Positions 26,589 through 38,344 of a stretch of 57,432 bases of DNA are shown here, piece after piece. Below the pieces are notes generated by a model. It did no database searches. It worked only from the letters and a program-made list of their open reading frames with translations, and had not been told where the DNA came from. The stretch is from NCBI GenBank assembly GCA_963575745.1, contig CAUYUJ010000025.1, positions 62,001-119,432 of the forward strand. The letters run 5' to 3'. The position numbers were made by a program, and so were the translations under genes. Source of the stretch: Prorocentrum cordatum (taxonomy: Eukaryota). The first letter of the stretch is position 1. Every line of letters begins with the position of its first letter.

Positions 26589-27761
26589 ATGTCCAATGGT
26601 TCCTGGCAGTCGCGTGGGCAAGGCAATGGTGCTTGGCAGCCTACCCCGCCCTGGCGCGGCCCGTCCCAGTGGGGCAGCCGCGAGGGCAGGGTTCAGGGGG
26701 CTGCGTGGGCAGGCCAGTGGAGCGGCAGGCGCTGGCGGTGCAGCCAGTGCAACTGCAACAAGAACTTCGACTCGTGGGCTTTCTGCAAGCATTGCGGCGC
26801 AGAGAGGCATGATCCAGCTCAGTGGCCAGACCTTCCGCGCACTCCTGGGCCTCAAGTTCCTCCTGGTGGTGGGGCTGGTGGCAGCGGGTTCAACGGCAGT
26901 GTCGGAAGTGTCTCCTTCTCGGCCGACGAGCTGCGCCAGCTCATCTCACTCTGCGAGAAAGGAGGAGATATGTCAGCCGCTAACAAGCACAAGCAGGCCC
27001 TGGACAAGCTCACGAAGTCAGCACAGCCCGCTCCTGTACAACAGCGGGCCGCAAAAGCTCATAGTAACGTTCAATACTAGGAAAGGAAGCTCTCAGTCGA
27101 ATTGGACCGCCTCGGCAAGCTGGAAGATCAGCTCAGTGTACAACGGGACGCTGCTGCTGCTGCACGTGCCGAGCTTCAGGACGCCGACGAAAAATACAAG
27201 GAGCTGGTCAGGGAGTTGGCTGGTGGCATGGTCAGCACCGAAGACTGTTCAAAGGGAGTCGTCGGCAAGGTCGACGCATCCGAGCTCATGGATGGTAAGT
27301 GCACCGTGTTCGACCTGGTCAGCCTCGACTCGATTTTCAAATTCGACGAGAGTGAGTATACTATTGCCAAGGAAGATAAGGATGAGATGGAGACACGCCG
27401 CCAGACGCTCAACGCCCAGTTCCGCGAAGCCTGCTCATCCATGTTCGCTGACGCCCTCTCGAAGGCCAAAAACATTCGTGAGGAGCAGGCCAAGCACGTG
27501 GCGAGGTTGGGCAAGAAGCGGCGGGCTGACGAGGATGGAGGCACGCTGCCTGGGGCAGCTCAGCCGACGGCTGCGGCAGGAACAGCACCGAGGACACCGC
27601 CTGCCGCTCCAGCTTCACGTGAGCCACAGGCGGAGTCTGTGGCGGCTGCTGGGGAAGGCAGCGACAGTGACGCTTCAGCAGCCTCTTCAGTGCGTGAGCG
27701 TGCGGCTGCGGCTCTTGGCAAGCCTCAGCAAGCCCCCCCCCCTGCCGCGCGTACCCCATAA
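26589..27761 (+). pseudogene. LINE ORF1 (RanBP2-like Zn finger + coiled coil) with one in-frame stop
   Basis: ORFs 26502-27080 and 27102-27761 are in the same frame, separated by TAG at 27078-27080. ATG at 26589 (MSNGSW). WRCSQCNCNKNFDSWAFCKHC at 26733-26795, then a helical E/K/A/L-rich region. Confidence 0.8.
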
Positions 27762-30700
27762 GGACGGCAGGGGGAAACGTCTCCATGAAAAAACTGTTTG
27801 TAAGCTCGAGCCTGTGGATCGCCTCGCTCGGACCATCTCAAAACTGGATACGTTTCTCTTGTTTCTTTTGTCTCCTGCCGACAGTGGCCCAGCGGCCACG
27901 GGCAGTCTCGGAAATGGTTTTGGAAGGCGTGACACTCTGTCTGTGCAGCCTTTAGCATATCCGCAGACGAGCCTTTCGGCAAGCGGCTCCGCCCCCCACG
28001 TTAAATTTTGTCCTGCCGACGTGGGGCGTGGGCTCTCTCAGCCCCTGTCAGGGGGGTCTGACAGTTTCGACTTCTTTGGGGCCCCCCAGGCCCCTGGTAA
28101 GGATGCCATTGCTCTGCAGTCTTGTAGTTGCAATTGTACGGCGTGGTCTTCAGCCAAAGAGTGGCTGCCGACCACGTCGGCTCACGTAGTTTTGTTACAG
28201 GAGCATCACCTTAGAGATTACCAGATTGCTGAGGCCCAGAGTTGGTTGTTCAAGAACGGGTGGAAGGGCCTCTTCGAACCAGCTAAGGTGGCTCGTGAAG
28301 ATGCGGACGTGTGCACCTCAGGCGGGGCGGCGGTTCTGGTCAGGAGCTTTCTTGGATTGCACGAACCAGTCGGAGGTACTAAGGTTTGCCAGCACCGTGC
28401 AATGGCAGCGTGGACTCATGTAGGCAAGGGGGATCCCATCCTGCTGATCAGTTGCTACTTGCACTGTGTTGAAGAGCTCAGCGATGCGAATCTTGACATT
28501 CTCGCTGAGATAGGCTCCACGGTCAGCTCGCGCATGTCTTCGTATATTATCGGAGGGGACTTCAACATGGACCCCGCGGTCTTAGGCAAGTGCCAGTACG
28601 TTGAGTCCCTGGAGGCCCAGTTGGTGAGCACGGAGTCTGGGACGTGTCTTTCTTCTGCGGGAGTTCGAGTCCTGGACTATTTCCTGGTTTCTAGTGGGCT
28701 CGCCAAAGGTATCTGCTCGACCCAGGTAAATCGTCATGTTAACATCTCACCACATCATCCTGTGGAAATGACCTTTTTCGAGCAGTTGGAGGACCTGAAG
28801 GTGTTATCGTTTCGGAAACCTCCCCCTCTTCCTGTCGAACCTCCTATTGGTCCTGCCCCTGCCCCCCGTGACTGGAGCCAAGTTCTCAAACTTGCTGAGA
28901 GAGTTTTTGATTGTGCTCAGCGTGGGTCTCGCGAGGCATTTGAGGGGCTCGACACGTTGTACAAGTCTTGAGCTAATACGGCTGAGTTGGAGTTAGAAGG
29001 GGCCCTACAGACCAAGTTGCCTCAGAATGGTTGTCGGAGAGAATCTCCACAAGTCTGGTGGGTTGACATCAGGAAAAGAGACAAACGTCCAGGTCGACAC
29101 CCCGCGTTGATCTGTGTCCGCTGGCTTTGTCAGAATTATCGGCTCTGGTGGATTCATGCACGGGCTGGAGAGCCCGACAAGCCAGCCAGACTTCACGCAA
29201 AAGCAGCCATATGTTCCCCTTCGAGTTTCATTCTAGACAACTTCGCCAAGAGTGATTTCAGCCAGTTGCATGCAGATGTATGTGAGTTTATAGCGAAGGA
29301 CGGCCAGTCTTTCGATGATTGCTACACCATCTCGACGCGCCTCGCAGACGCGCTGAAGATGGCCTCGCTCGCTGCCAAGAACGATGCTGACCGTGCGTGG
29401 AAGGAGTGGCTTCTGAAGGACATCGACCAAGGGGCTCGCACGGCCCACGCTTGGTCGAAGCCTGTCGAAGCCTGGGCTCCGTCCTCGACACTGTCAGCAT
29501 CGGGTCAGGTGCTATCAGACCCTGTTTCGTTACTCAAGGCTGAAGGGCTCAGATTCAAAGGTCTGTGGCTGGCTACTGAAGGAGCTGAATCCATCGACTA
29601 CAACCAGTGCCAGGATTTCCAGCCTATGCCTGCCTTGCCAAGGGTTTCTGTTGACACGATTCGTTTGGCAAGCCGCTCATACAATAGTCGATCTGCAGTC
29701 AGTGTCGATGGTTTTCACATGAGGCTCTTTCGGCTTCTTTGCAACGAATCGCTCGAAGTCCTTTCCTACTGCGCCCGATCGGGATCTGCACGTCCACTTA
29801 CCGCTTGTGGGGGAAGATCAGGAGGGAGGTTGCAGTGGAATGGGAGGAGGCTCACTCGGCAAGTTTTTTCTCAGGTAGCGGGTTTAAGAGTGCCACGGAT
29901 GTTGTCTGGCGCCAAGCTGCTCGTGCAGAAGGGTCCACACGAACAGGGGGATATGCTGCGACAGTCTTATGGGACATGTATAAGTTTCATGAGTTGATGG
30001 GCCGTGGGGATCTTGAGGCTCGTTGTCTTAAATTGGGTTTCTCGCACACAGTCATCAAGGTTTCGCTGGCTGCTTACAAATCGGCTCGTTTCATTAACAT
30101 CACTGGGTTCCTGGCTGGGCCCTTCCTGGCATTCAGGGGTGTTATTGCAGGCTGCAGTCTAGCTACAACTTATGTGCGTATCTTTTACATGGATACGTTT
30201 TTGCAGGTCTCTGCGGGGCCCACCACTAGCATCGACTTGTTCATAGATGACATAGGGATTTCTAGTACCGGCACTTTCAAGCAGGTCTTGGCTGATTTGA
30301 AGTCGGCTACGGCAGCTGTTTATGTGGCGGTCACGGAGGATTTGAAGTCTGTCATCTCCCCCGACAAGGCCAACCTTGTTGCCAGTGACGCCACTCTCGG
30401 CAAGTTGTTGGCCGAGTGGCTTGGGGCCCTGTCGGGGCCCAGCGCGAACCATTCTACTGCTGTCAACTTGGGGATTGATGACACGGCTGGGAAAGGTAGC
30501 AGGGTGCGAGGGAGAGCGGTTAAGCGGAAGCAGAGAGAGAGAGAGGTTTTCGGAGGAAGGTGGAGCGCATCAAGAGACAGAGGCATATCCTTGGCCGATC
30601 TGCGAGAAAGATTTTCTGTAGTGGGCCTCTGCCAGGGATGGGCTACGGAGCTGAAGTTCACGGTCTAAGTAACACCGAGTTAGGTCGTATCAGGCAGCAG

Positions 30701-32699
30701 GCTGGCAAGTGTCTACGGCCGTCTTGTGGCGGACGATCTTTGTCTGCTGCACTTGTGTTTGAGGATGAGCCTTGCTGGTATGGGATGGTTGCACCGATCG
30801 TGAGGTGGAGCAAGGAGGTTTGGGCAGCGCAGACAAGGGCTTTTCCATTCTGTTTTAGCATGCCAGAGCTGCGCCGTCTTTGGTCTGCTGTCTTCGAGTC
30901 CGCCACCCTTCCCATCACATGGAGACACGTTCACGGACCCATCAGTGCGTTGTACATGTCTGTAAAGAGGATAGGGTGGCGAATGCGGGACTTCGCCACG
31001 CTGATGGATCATCGTGGCACTGCTGTTTCGCTTACTTACGTCAGTCCTACTTTACTCAAGGATATTTTGCGAAGGGCGGTCGTTCGGGACCTTGGGAGGT
31101 CCATTGCTATCAAGCTGGGGGTGCCCTGGGACCGCGTGTGCTTTGATATTGTCAAATCTGAAGCCCGCAAAAAAACGCTACAAGCCCATGGAAAAAGGAG
31201 CTATTCGTAGTCTGGCATGTGGGGGCTGCTGGACAGCGTCACGGGCTCATGCCCTTGGATACCAGTTAGACGACGAACAGCTGCTCTGCCCTCTCTGTCA
31301 GCAGGCTGTCGACACCCCGCATCATAGGCTTTGGACTTGCGAGGCCGTGAGGGACGAGAGGGAGGAGTTGGTGAAAGAGGATATCATCAAGACGGCGTGT
31401 GGGGAGCTCACGAAGGATGAGGAAATGTTATGCACGCGCGGCATCTTCGAGCATCCAGAAGGGCACTGGCCTCAGCCTAGGGAGTTCGGCGGTGTGGAAA
31501 TCAAATCGTATCGGGATGATCGCGATTTCGATGACGGGGTGATCGGGGGCCGCATTTTCGTAGATGGGATTTTGTTCGGGCATCCGATACCAGAACTTTC
31601 GGGGGCTGGATGGGGAGTGGTCCAGGTCTCGGCCGATGGCCAACCCGAGTGCACGCTGCATGGGCCTGTGTGGGCGCCGATTGCTCAGTCGGCCCCTGCG
31701 GCCGAGTTTACAGCTCTAGCACAGGCTTCCCTGCAGCTGGGGACTCCGAGTGATTGTTATACTGACTGCCAGGCGGTAGTCTCGCATTTGTACTTGCCCG
31801 CGGCGGCACGACTGTCGCACAAGCGCAAGTACGCTGGCCATTTCTTGTACATCAACCAGTGCTGCCACATCTCTGCCTTAACCAAGGTTAGGGCTCACTT
31901 AGACCCAGACGAGCCAGAGCTTGACGAGAGTGAGCGTTTTCGCCGTCGGGGAAACGGCCACGCTGACGCCGTCGCAAAGATGGGCGCGCAGGCGCATCCT
32001 CGACCCACTGAGGCCGAGGAAAATCGCGTTCAGAGCTGCATTGCTGTTGCCCGCGCTGCGTGCCGATTGGCCGCGAAGCTTTTGCCACAGTGGCCAAAGC
32101 TGAAGTTGGACGGAGTCGAGCTGCGTGCCGAGCATCCTGAGAAACCCCTGGGGCTGCCTGTCCAGGGACACGTGTGGCAGCATTGTAGTGGCATGTGGCG
32201 TTGCACGGTCTGTCGCAAAGGGTCCAGGTCCGAGGCAAAACCTGGCCCTGGCAAGTGTGTAGGCTCGGCGCAACCAGATTTGGATGCGGCCGAGAGCAAT
32301 GCGCATGTGCCTGCTCTTTTTCATGTTTCCGATGGCTCTGACTGTTTCCTTTGTGTGAAGTGCGGAGCTTTCCTGCACCACGGAGTGCTTGCCAAAAGCA
32401 ATGTGGCGAACCGTTGCCCAGGTCAGTTCAGCAGGCACGGTCGCACGAATTTCAACAAGATCATGGCGGGTAAATACCCGCGAGCATGCACGCGAGGCCT
32501 TACGATTGTAGATTCGCCATGTCTGCCTCCGTTCGCCCCTGGCTTGGACCCTCAGGTGAACAAGGAGGCCTGCAACGTGCCGCCCGATTCACCAGAAAGT
32601 GCTTTTCGTTGCGGTGTCGTTTCCGCGCCCAGCCTCCAAGAGGCGGCCGCCTCTGCAGCTCCGCAGGAACCCTGTTTGGCTTCCTCGGACTCGGACTAA
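27762..32699 (+). pseudogene. LINE ORF2 polyprotein: APE endonuclease, reverse transcriptase, CCHC, RNase H, C-terminal Zn-finger-like motifs
   Basis: APE (~28110-28775): SCNC, LLQEHHL, GGDFN, DYFLVS, HHPV. RT: RPIG..YRLW, WDMYKFHE, GVIAGCSLA, FIDD (30240). CCHC: CPLC..DTPHHRLWTC (31287-31340). RNH: IFVDG, AAEFTA, YTDC, KVRAH, GNGHAD. Tail: WRCTVC, LCVKCG. Lesions: TGA at 28969, apparent deletion/frameshift at ~29767, frameshifts in (GA)n at ~30535 and in A7 at ~31170. Confidence 0.92.
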
Positions 32700-33252
32700 T
32701 TAATGGGGGGGGGCCGTTAGCCGACGGGGATCCTCCTGTCTGTTGGAAATCGCCCCTCGGCTTTCGGCCCCCCCCTGTTTGGTTTTCTTTTTTCCAGAAA
32801 GCCTTCCAGGCGCCAGGACATCGCTGGTGAATATGTGGAGGTTTTTACGCCAAGGAGCGTCCCTTGCCTGGCTCGCCACCAGGCAAGGTGTATGTGGCTG
32901 CTTTGTCGATGTCAAAATCTCTTCCTCCTCCTCCTCCTCCTCCTCCTCCGCCGCCGCCGCCTCCTCCTCCTCCTCCTGTTCCTCCTCCTCCTCCTCCTCC
33001 TCCTGCTCCTCCTCCTCCTCCTCCTCCTCCTTTGCTATCCCCCTCCTCCTCCTCCTCCTCCTCCTCCTCCTTTTGCTATCCCCCCCCTTTCGCCCCTTTG
33101 CTACCCCCCCCTTTCGCCCAGCCCGCGCTTCGGCGAGCCACGCCGTCCACTTCCTGGCCCCCGAGCGGCCACGCCCCCGGCCCGAGGCGCTTCCCGCCCC
33201 CCGCCGCGCGGAGCGGAGCGACACGGCATCCGCCAGCACGGCACGGCTTGTC

Positions 33253-33444
33253 TCGGGTCGGGCGAAAGGGGGGGATTGGGAAAGGGGTTACGAAATTTGC
33301 TGCATGCAGCTAGTTTCGGCCTCACCGAGGGGCCCATTCCTCGATACATAGCCGCCTCCGGCGCCGGGAGGCGCCGGGACAATCAGCTACGTGAGCTGAT
33401 TCTCAACCCCCCCCTTTGCTATCCCCCCCTTTCGCCCGACCCGA
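33253..33444. mobile_element. MITE with perfect 24-bp TIR (TCGGGTCGGGCGAAAGGGGGGGAT) and 5-bp TSD
   Basis: TIRs are exact reverse complements; TTGTC lies on both sides (33248-52, 33445-49). Confidence 0.9.
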
Positions 33445-34556
33445 TTGTCGCTGCGACGCGCTGCAGTCGGACCGAGGGGATGATAAGATCGAGGTCGGTT
33501 CGGGAAGGGTACCCCAATGTTTTCGTTGACGTCGGATGCTCGGTGTTTGTGCGTGTGAATGTGAATGTGAATGTGAATGTGAATGTGAATGTGAATGTGA
33601 ATGTGAATGTGAATGTGAATGTGAATGTGAATGTGTGTGTGTGTGTCTGTGTGTGTCTGTGTGTGTCTGTGTGTGTGTCTGTGTGTGTCTGTGTGTGTCT
33701 GCGTGTGTCTGCGTGTGTCTGTGTGTGTCTGTGTGTGTCTGTGCGTCTGTGTGTCAATGTGTGTGTTTGGCCGACGGAGGGTCTCATGCTCTTGAGGGAT
33801 GTTCTTCTGGCCTAGGTCCGACTGTGTCCCGAAGTTCCCGACCGGATTCGTACTGCGTTCATGGTGGTGGAGGGAGCGACCGAGCCAGTCGAGGTTCTGC
33901 TTGGCCGCTCGGCGGGGCGGACTCGAACTTTTTGAGTTTGCGTTAAGGCAGGCTTCTCCTCCTGCTGCTCTGTTCTCCCCCCTATACCCAATAACCGAGA
34001 AGGGTTTTTGTTTTTGACCCCCTCCTGTCTCTCGGCGGGGAACACACTCGACCCTCCTCCTTCTCCTCTTCCTCCTCCTCCTCCTCCTCCTCCTTCTCCT
34101 CCTCCTCCTTCTCCTCCTCCTCCTCCTCCTCCTGCTCCTGCTCCTCCTCCTCCTCCTCCTCCTCCTCCTCCTGATCCTCCTCCTCCTCCTGATCCTCCTC
34201 CTCCTCCGCCTCTTCGCCCCCCGTCGCTATCTGGGCTAAAGTCCGGAGCAAAGCGGCTCAGCGATTTGAGGGTGGCAAGGGGCTTTTATGTTTGCCCCCC
34301 GTTTCTCTCGCCGGGGAGCAGACTCGACCCTCCTCCTCCTCCTCCTCCTCCTCCTCGTCCTCCTCCTCCTCCTCCTCCTCAACAACAACAATTACTCAAT
34401 ATGAATACTACTCTCCCTCTTCCCCTGATGACGGCTTGAAAGTGTTAGCCCCCCCCAGTGTACTGTTTACACACAGGATTTCCCGGAGTGGGGTTTTCGC
34501 GCGCACTTTTTTCCAAAATGCTGCTCTCGCTGAGGCGCCGGCCTTATTTTCGGGCC

Positions 34557-34710
34557 CCGCTCGTTCCGAATCGTGCTCCCGCTGCAGCGCTGGCCTCATT
34601 TCCGTGCTTCCGCTCGTTCCGAATCGTGTTCCCGCTGCAGCGTTGGCCTCATTTCCGCGCTTCCGCTCGTTCCGAATCGTGCTCCCGCTGCAGCGCTGGC
34701 GTCATTTCCC
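34557..34710. repeat. 53-bp tandem repeat x3
   Basis: CCGCTCGTTCCGAATCGTG at 34557, 34610 and 34663. Confidence 0.9.
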
Positions 34711-35600
34711 GTGCCATGCCACGGCATGCAATGCATTGCTAGGTTGCGTTCCGCTGCGCGATGCCATGCCTTCAGCTGAAGCTGTGATATGCAGTGCTTC
34801 AGTGCCACGTCGTGCTATGCCATGCTACGTTTTGATCTTAAACGCCATGCTATGCAATGTTATGTTCGGGGCCGCTGTGCGATGCCATGCTTTGCGTTGC
34901 AAAGCTTTGTGATGCAATTCTTCACTACGCCACGCCACGCCATACTGTGACATACTACGCTTTGCGGTGCTCTTCTACGCCATGCCATGCCGTGCTCTAC
35001 AATGCATCGCGTACCCTTTCGGGATCATTACCCTGCTCGACATCCGACTGTGCGAGTAGAGAGGGGATCTGCGCCATGGTAAGGGATGGGAGGGAGGGGT
35101 AGGATGTCAGATATGACGCGAGCGCACCTCGCTTGCCTCCCCCTCTCCTTGTCCTCCTTCTTCTCCTCCTACTCCTCCTCCTTCTCCTCCTCCTCCCCCT
35201 CCTCCTCCTCCTCCTCCTCCTCCTCCTCCTCCTCCCAGCGTGTCCCCGGTTCCGTTTGGTTCGTTTCGGTTCGGGGAAAATTGGTTCGGTTCAATACGGT
35301 TCCGGTTTCGGAGCTGTTTGAGGCGGTTCCCATTCAGAGGGCGGTTCCGTTTCAGCCGGTTCCATTTCGGTTCTCGGTTTTTGCAGATGACGTGTGCGCG
35401 TGTACGTGTACATGATCATATGGAGGCGTTTGGAGGTTCAGTTCAACCAGGAGTCAGGAGGAACCCTGGGGCCAGGGGAGCCACTGGGCCCAGCTACCTG
35501 ACGAGCCAGGGGAGCCACTGGGCCCAGACGTTACGCATGGTGCCCTCGACGGACCAGTCGACAGCATCGTGCCCCCCGGACCAGGGGGCTCTGGCGACAG

Positions 35601-35709
35601 CGAGCGATTCCTCAGCGCCAGGATAGAAAACGCTTGGACTACGGCCGGGGACAGCACGGACCACTCATTCCTGGCATGGGTCATTCCAAAGGAGAACTGG
35701 GAAGACAAG
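35601..35709 (+). CDS. Candidate host exon (ERFLSARIENAWTTAGDSTDHSFLAWVIPKENWEDK)
   Basis: CAG acceptor; protein-like composition. Confidence 0.45.
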
Positions 35710-36835
35710 GGCGCCGCCCACGCCCTCACCGGGCGCGCGCAGGATGGTGGGGGCCCAGCCCCGGCCGCCGTCCCCAGTTCGGCCCTGGAGGCCCCGAGGA
35801 CCCCTGGAAGCCCAAAGCGCATTTTCGAACCGTCAAGCAGCAAAACAGGACGAGGGAACTCGGGGGCGCAGGGGAGGCGTTGGGAGCGGGTGGGATGGAC
35901 CTAGCGCAAGAGCGGGCGCTCTCATCGGGCAGTTCCCAAGGGCCCACCTCCACGACCGGTTCCCGGTTCGGTACCCTGTTCGGGCCCGGTTCGGTTCCAC
36001 CGCCCCCGGTTCGGTTTGGTTTCGGTTCACGTCGGGTTTCTGACGGGTTCCTGTTGCGTCGGTTATCCTTCGGTCGGTTCGGTTTTGTGGTTCGTGGTTC
36101 GGTTATGTGGTTCACTGTCCTCTTCCTCCTCTTCCTTCTCCTCCTCCTCCTTTTCCTTCTCCTCCTCCTCCTCCTCCTCCTCCTCCTCCTCCTCCTCCTC
36201 CTCCTCCTTACCCCCCTCTCCTCCTCCTGCTCTTCCTCCTCCTCTTCCATTTCCTCCTCCTCCTTCTCCTCCTGATCCTCCTCCCCCCTTTATGTTTGCC
36301 CCCCCCCCCTTGTTTCTCTCGGCAGGGAACAGTTCGACCCTGTTCCTCCTCCTCCTCCTCCTCCTCCTCCTCCTCTTCCTCCTCTTCCGTTTCCCCTTTT
36401 TTTCCCCTCCTCTTCCTCCTCCTGTTCCTCCTCGTCCTCCTCCTCCTTCACCTCCACCTCCTCCTCCTCCTCCTCCTCCTCCTCCTCCTCTTCCTCCTTC
36501 TCCTCCTCCTCCTCCTCCTCCTCCTCCTCCTCCTCCTCCTCCTGCTCCTCTCTGTCCGCCTCCTTTTCCTCCTCCTCCTCGCCTTCCCCCCCTCCCCCCT
36601 CCCCCCCTCCTCCCCCACCTCTTCCTCCTCCTCCTCCTCCTCCTTTTCCTGTTCCTGTTCCTGTTCCTCCTCCTCCTCCTCCTCCTCCTCATCCCCCTCC
36701 TCCTCCGCCTCCTCCTCTTCCTGGAGGAAATAGGAAAAGGGAGAGAGCGAGGGAAGGAGGAGGGAAAGACGACGGAAGGGGACAAGAGGAAAGGAGGGTC
36801 ATTGAGGGCGGAGAAGATGATACCATCATCATCAG

Positions 36836-36866
<31 letters not shown>

Positions 36867-38344
36867 GTCATCATCGGCATGACCATCATCTTCATCACCA
36901 TAATCATTATTATCACCACCATCAGCAACATACTCATCATTATCAGCGTCAGCACCATCATCAGCGTCAACTGCATCATCACCATGGTCGTCATCATCAT
37001 CACCAGCACCACCATTGATATCTTCAGCACCATCATCATCAACATCATCGGCATCAATCAGCATCATTATCACCATCTTCACCACCGCCCGCATCATCAT
37101 CATCATCAGCATCATCATCATCACCATCACGACCAAGCATCGTCATCATCAGCATCATCATCGCCATCGTCATCGTAACTATCGTCTTCGTCATCGTGGT
37201 TGTTCGAGCTGGGGGCGGGGGGACGTTGTTTCTGGTAGTACGTCAGAGCGGGAGCGAGACAAAAAAAACGTCGGACGATCGAAGGTCGAGGAACAAAAGG
37301 AGGGAGAAGAGGAGGAGAAGGAGGAGGAGGAGGAGGCGTACGCTACAGGTTGGTGCCCAAGAAGAAATGGGGAGGAGGAGGAATGGGAAGGAGAGGTGAA
37401 GGAGGAGAAGAGCGCAGGTCGTGGCGGGGGGCCAGGGGCAAGTGGAACGAAAGGCCTTTTGTCGATGGTCGATCTTGGGGGGTTTTCATCGATGTCGGCC
37501 TCTGGAAACCTTCTGGTTGCCAAACCGTTACATATTGCATCGCTTTCGGCCCATCCCGCCACAGTGCTGGGGGTGGGTCAGAGGGCTCTTGAGTGTTCGT
37601 TGGGATCTCGTGATAACCTTATCGGCGGCCTGTTGGGGGCAGCTTTGAAGTCTGATGTGGGCCTCTGTCGGGCCTCCGTGCGGACTCTTTGGGGCCTCTT
37701 GGGGCGCTCTCAGAGTCTTTTGGGGCCCTGTTGAGTCGGAAGCCTAGAATTTCCGGTTCGTGGTCCCCTTCCGGGGCTCTCTTGGAGACGTCTTGGGAGC
37801 TTCTTGGGCCGTCTTGGGCGCCTCTGGACCGTTTTTGGGGCCATCTTGGGGCCCTCTTGGGCCGTCAGTGGGCGATCCCTTGGGCCTTTTGGAGCTGTTT
37901 TGGGGCGAACTTGGGGGTCTCTTGGGCTGTCCTGGAGCGTCGGTACTACGAAAAGGCGAGAAAGCCAAAAACCTTCAAAGAATGTGTTTCTTTATTGCTT
38001 GGGGCATGGCGGGGGTCATGGCCTCCGCCGCCCCCCCACCCACCCCCCGTATGAGGTACCCCTACCCAGTGCGTTCCGGGCACTTCCGCCGTGCGCATCG
38101 GGATCCGCATAGGTGTCCGCATAGCAATCCGCATCGGAGTCTGGTCCGCAGTCTCCGTCGTCGACGTCGTCGTCGTAGTCGCTCGTCGCTCATCGTCGTC
38201 GTGCGCGCGGACGCGGCTGGAGCCTGTTTGTTGATTCCGGGCCGATGGCGGCAATCATTTGGGGGGGAGAGGGGGCCGATGACGTCACGTTTCGCGCCGG
38301 CGGCATCTGGGAATGCTTAGGACTGACCGAGGACGGGTAGCAGA

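Larger units (their letters stand above)
26481..32918 (+). mobile_element. Full-length non-LTR retrotransposon (LINE, APE-RT-RNase H type), disrupted copy
   Basis: About 6.4 kb of complex coding sequence bounded on both sides by (CCT)n: ~108-bp 5' UTR, ORF1, ORF2 with APE/RT/CCHC/RNH motifs, and a ~220-bp 3' UTR ending ...GATGTCAAAAT. Confidence 0.93.
26244..33126. mobile_element. Second copy of the same MITE, split by (CCT)n plus the LINE
   Basis: 26244-26395 matches 33253-33402. The right TIR resumes at ~33097-33126. Flanks are GCTTT/GCTTC. Confidence 0.75.

Noticed and set aside
26500..27760. N-terminal half of the 823-aa ORF as a real protein
   Set aside because: It is S/R/P-rich shadow-frame sequence over ORF1; recognisable domains start only at ~28110.
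27770..27778. GGGAAAC as a -1 slippery site
   Set aside because: It lies after the ORF1 stop, and the required shift is +1.
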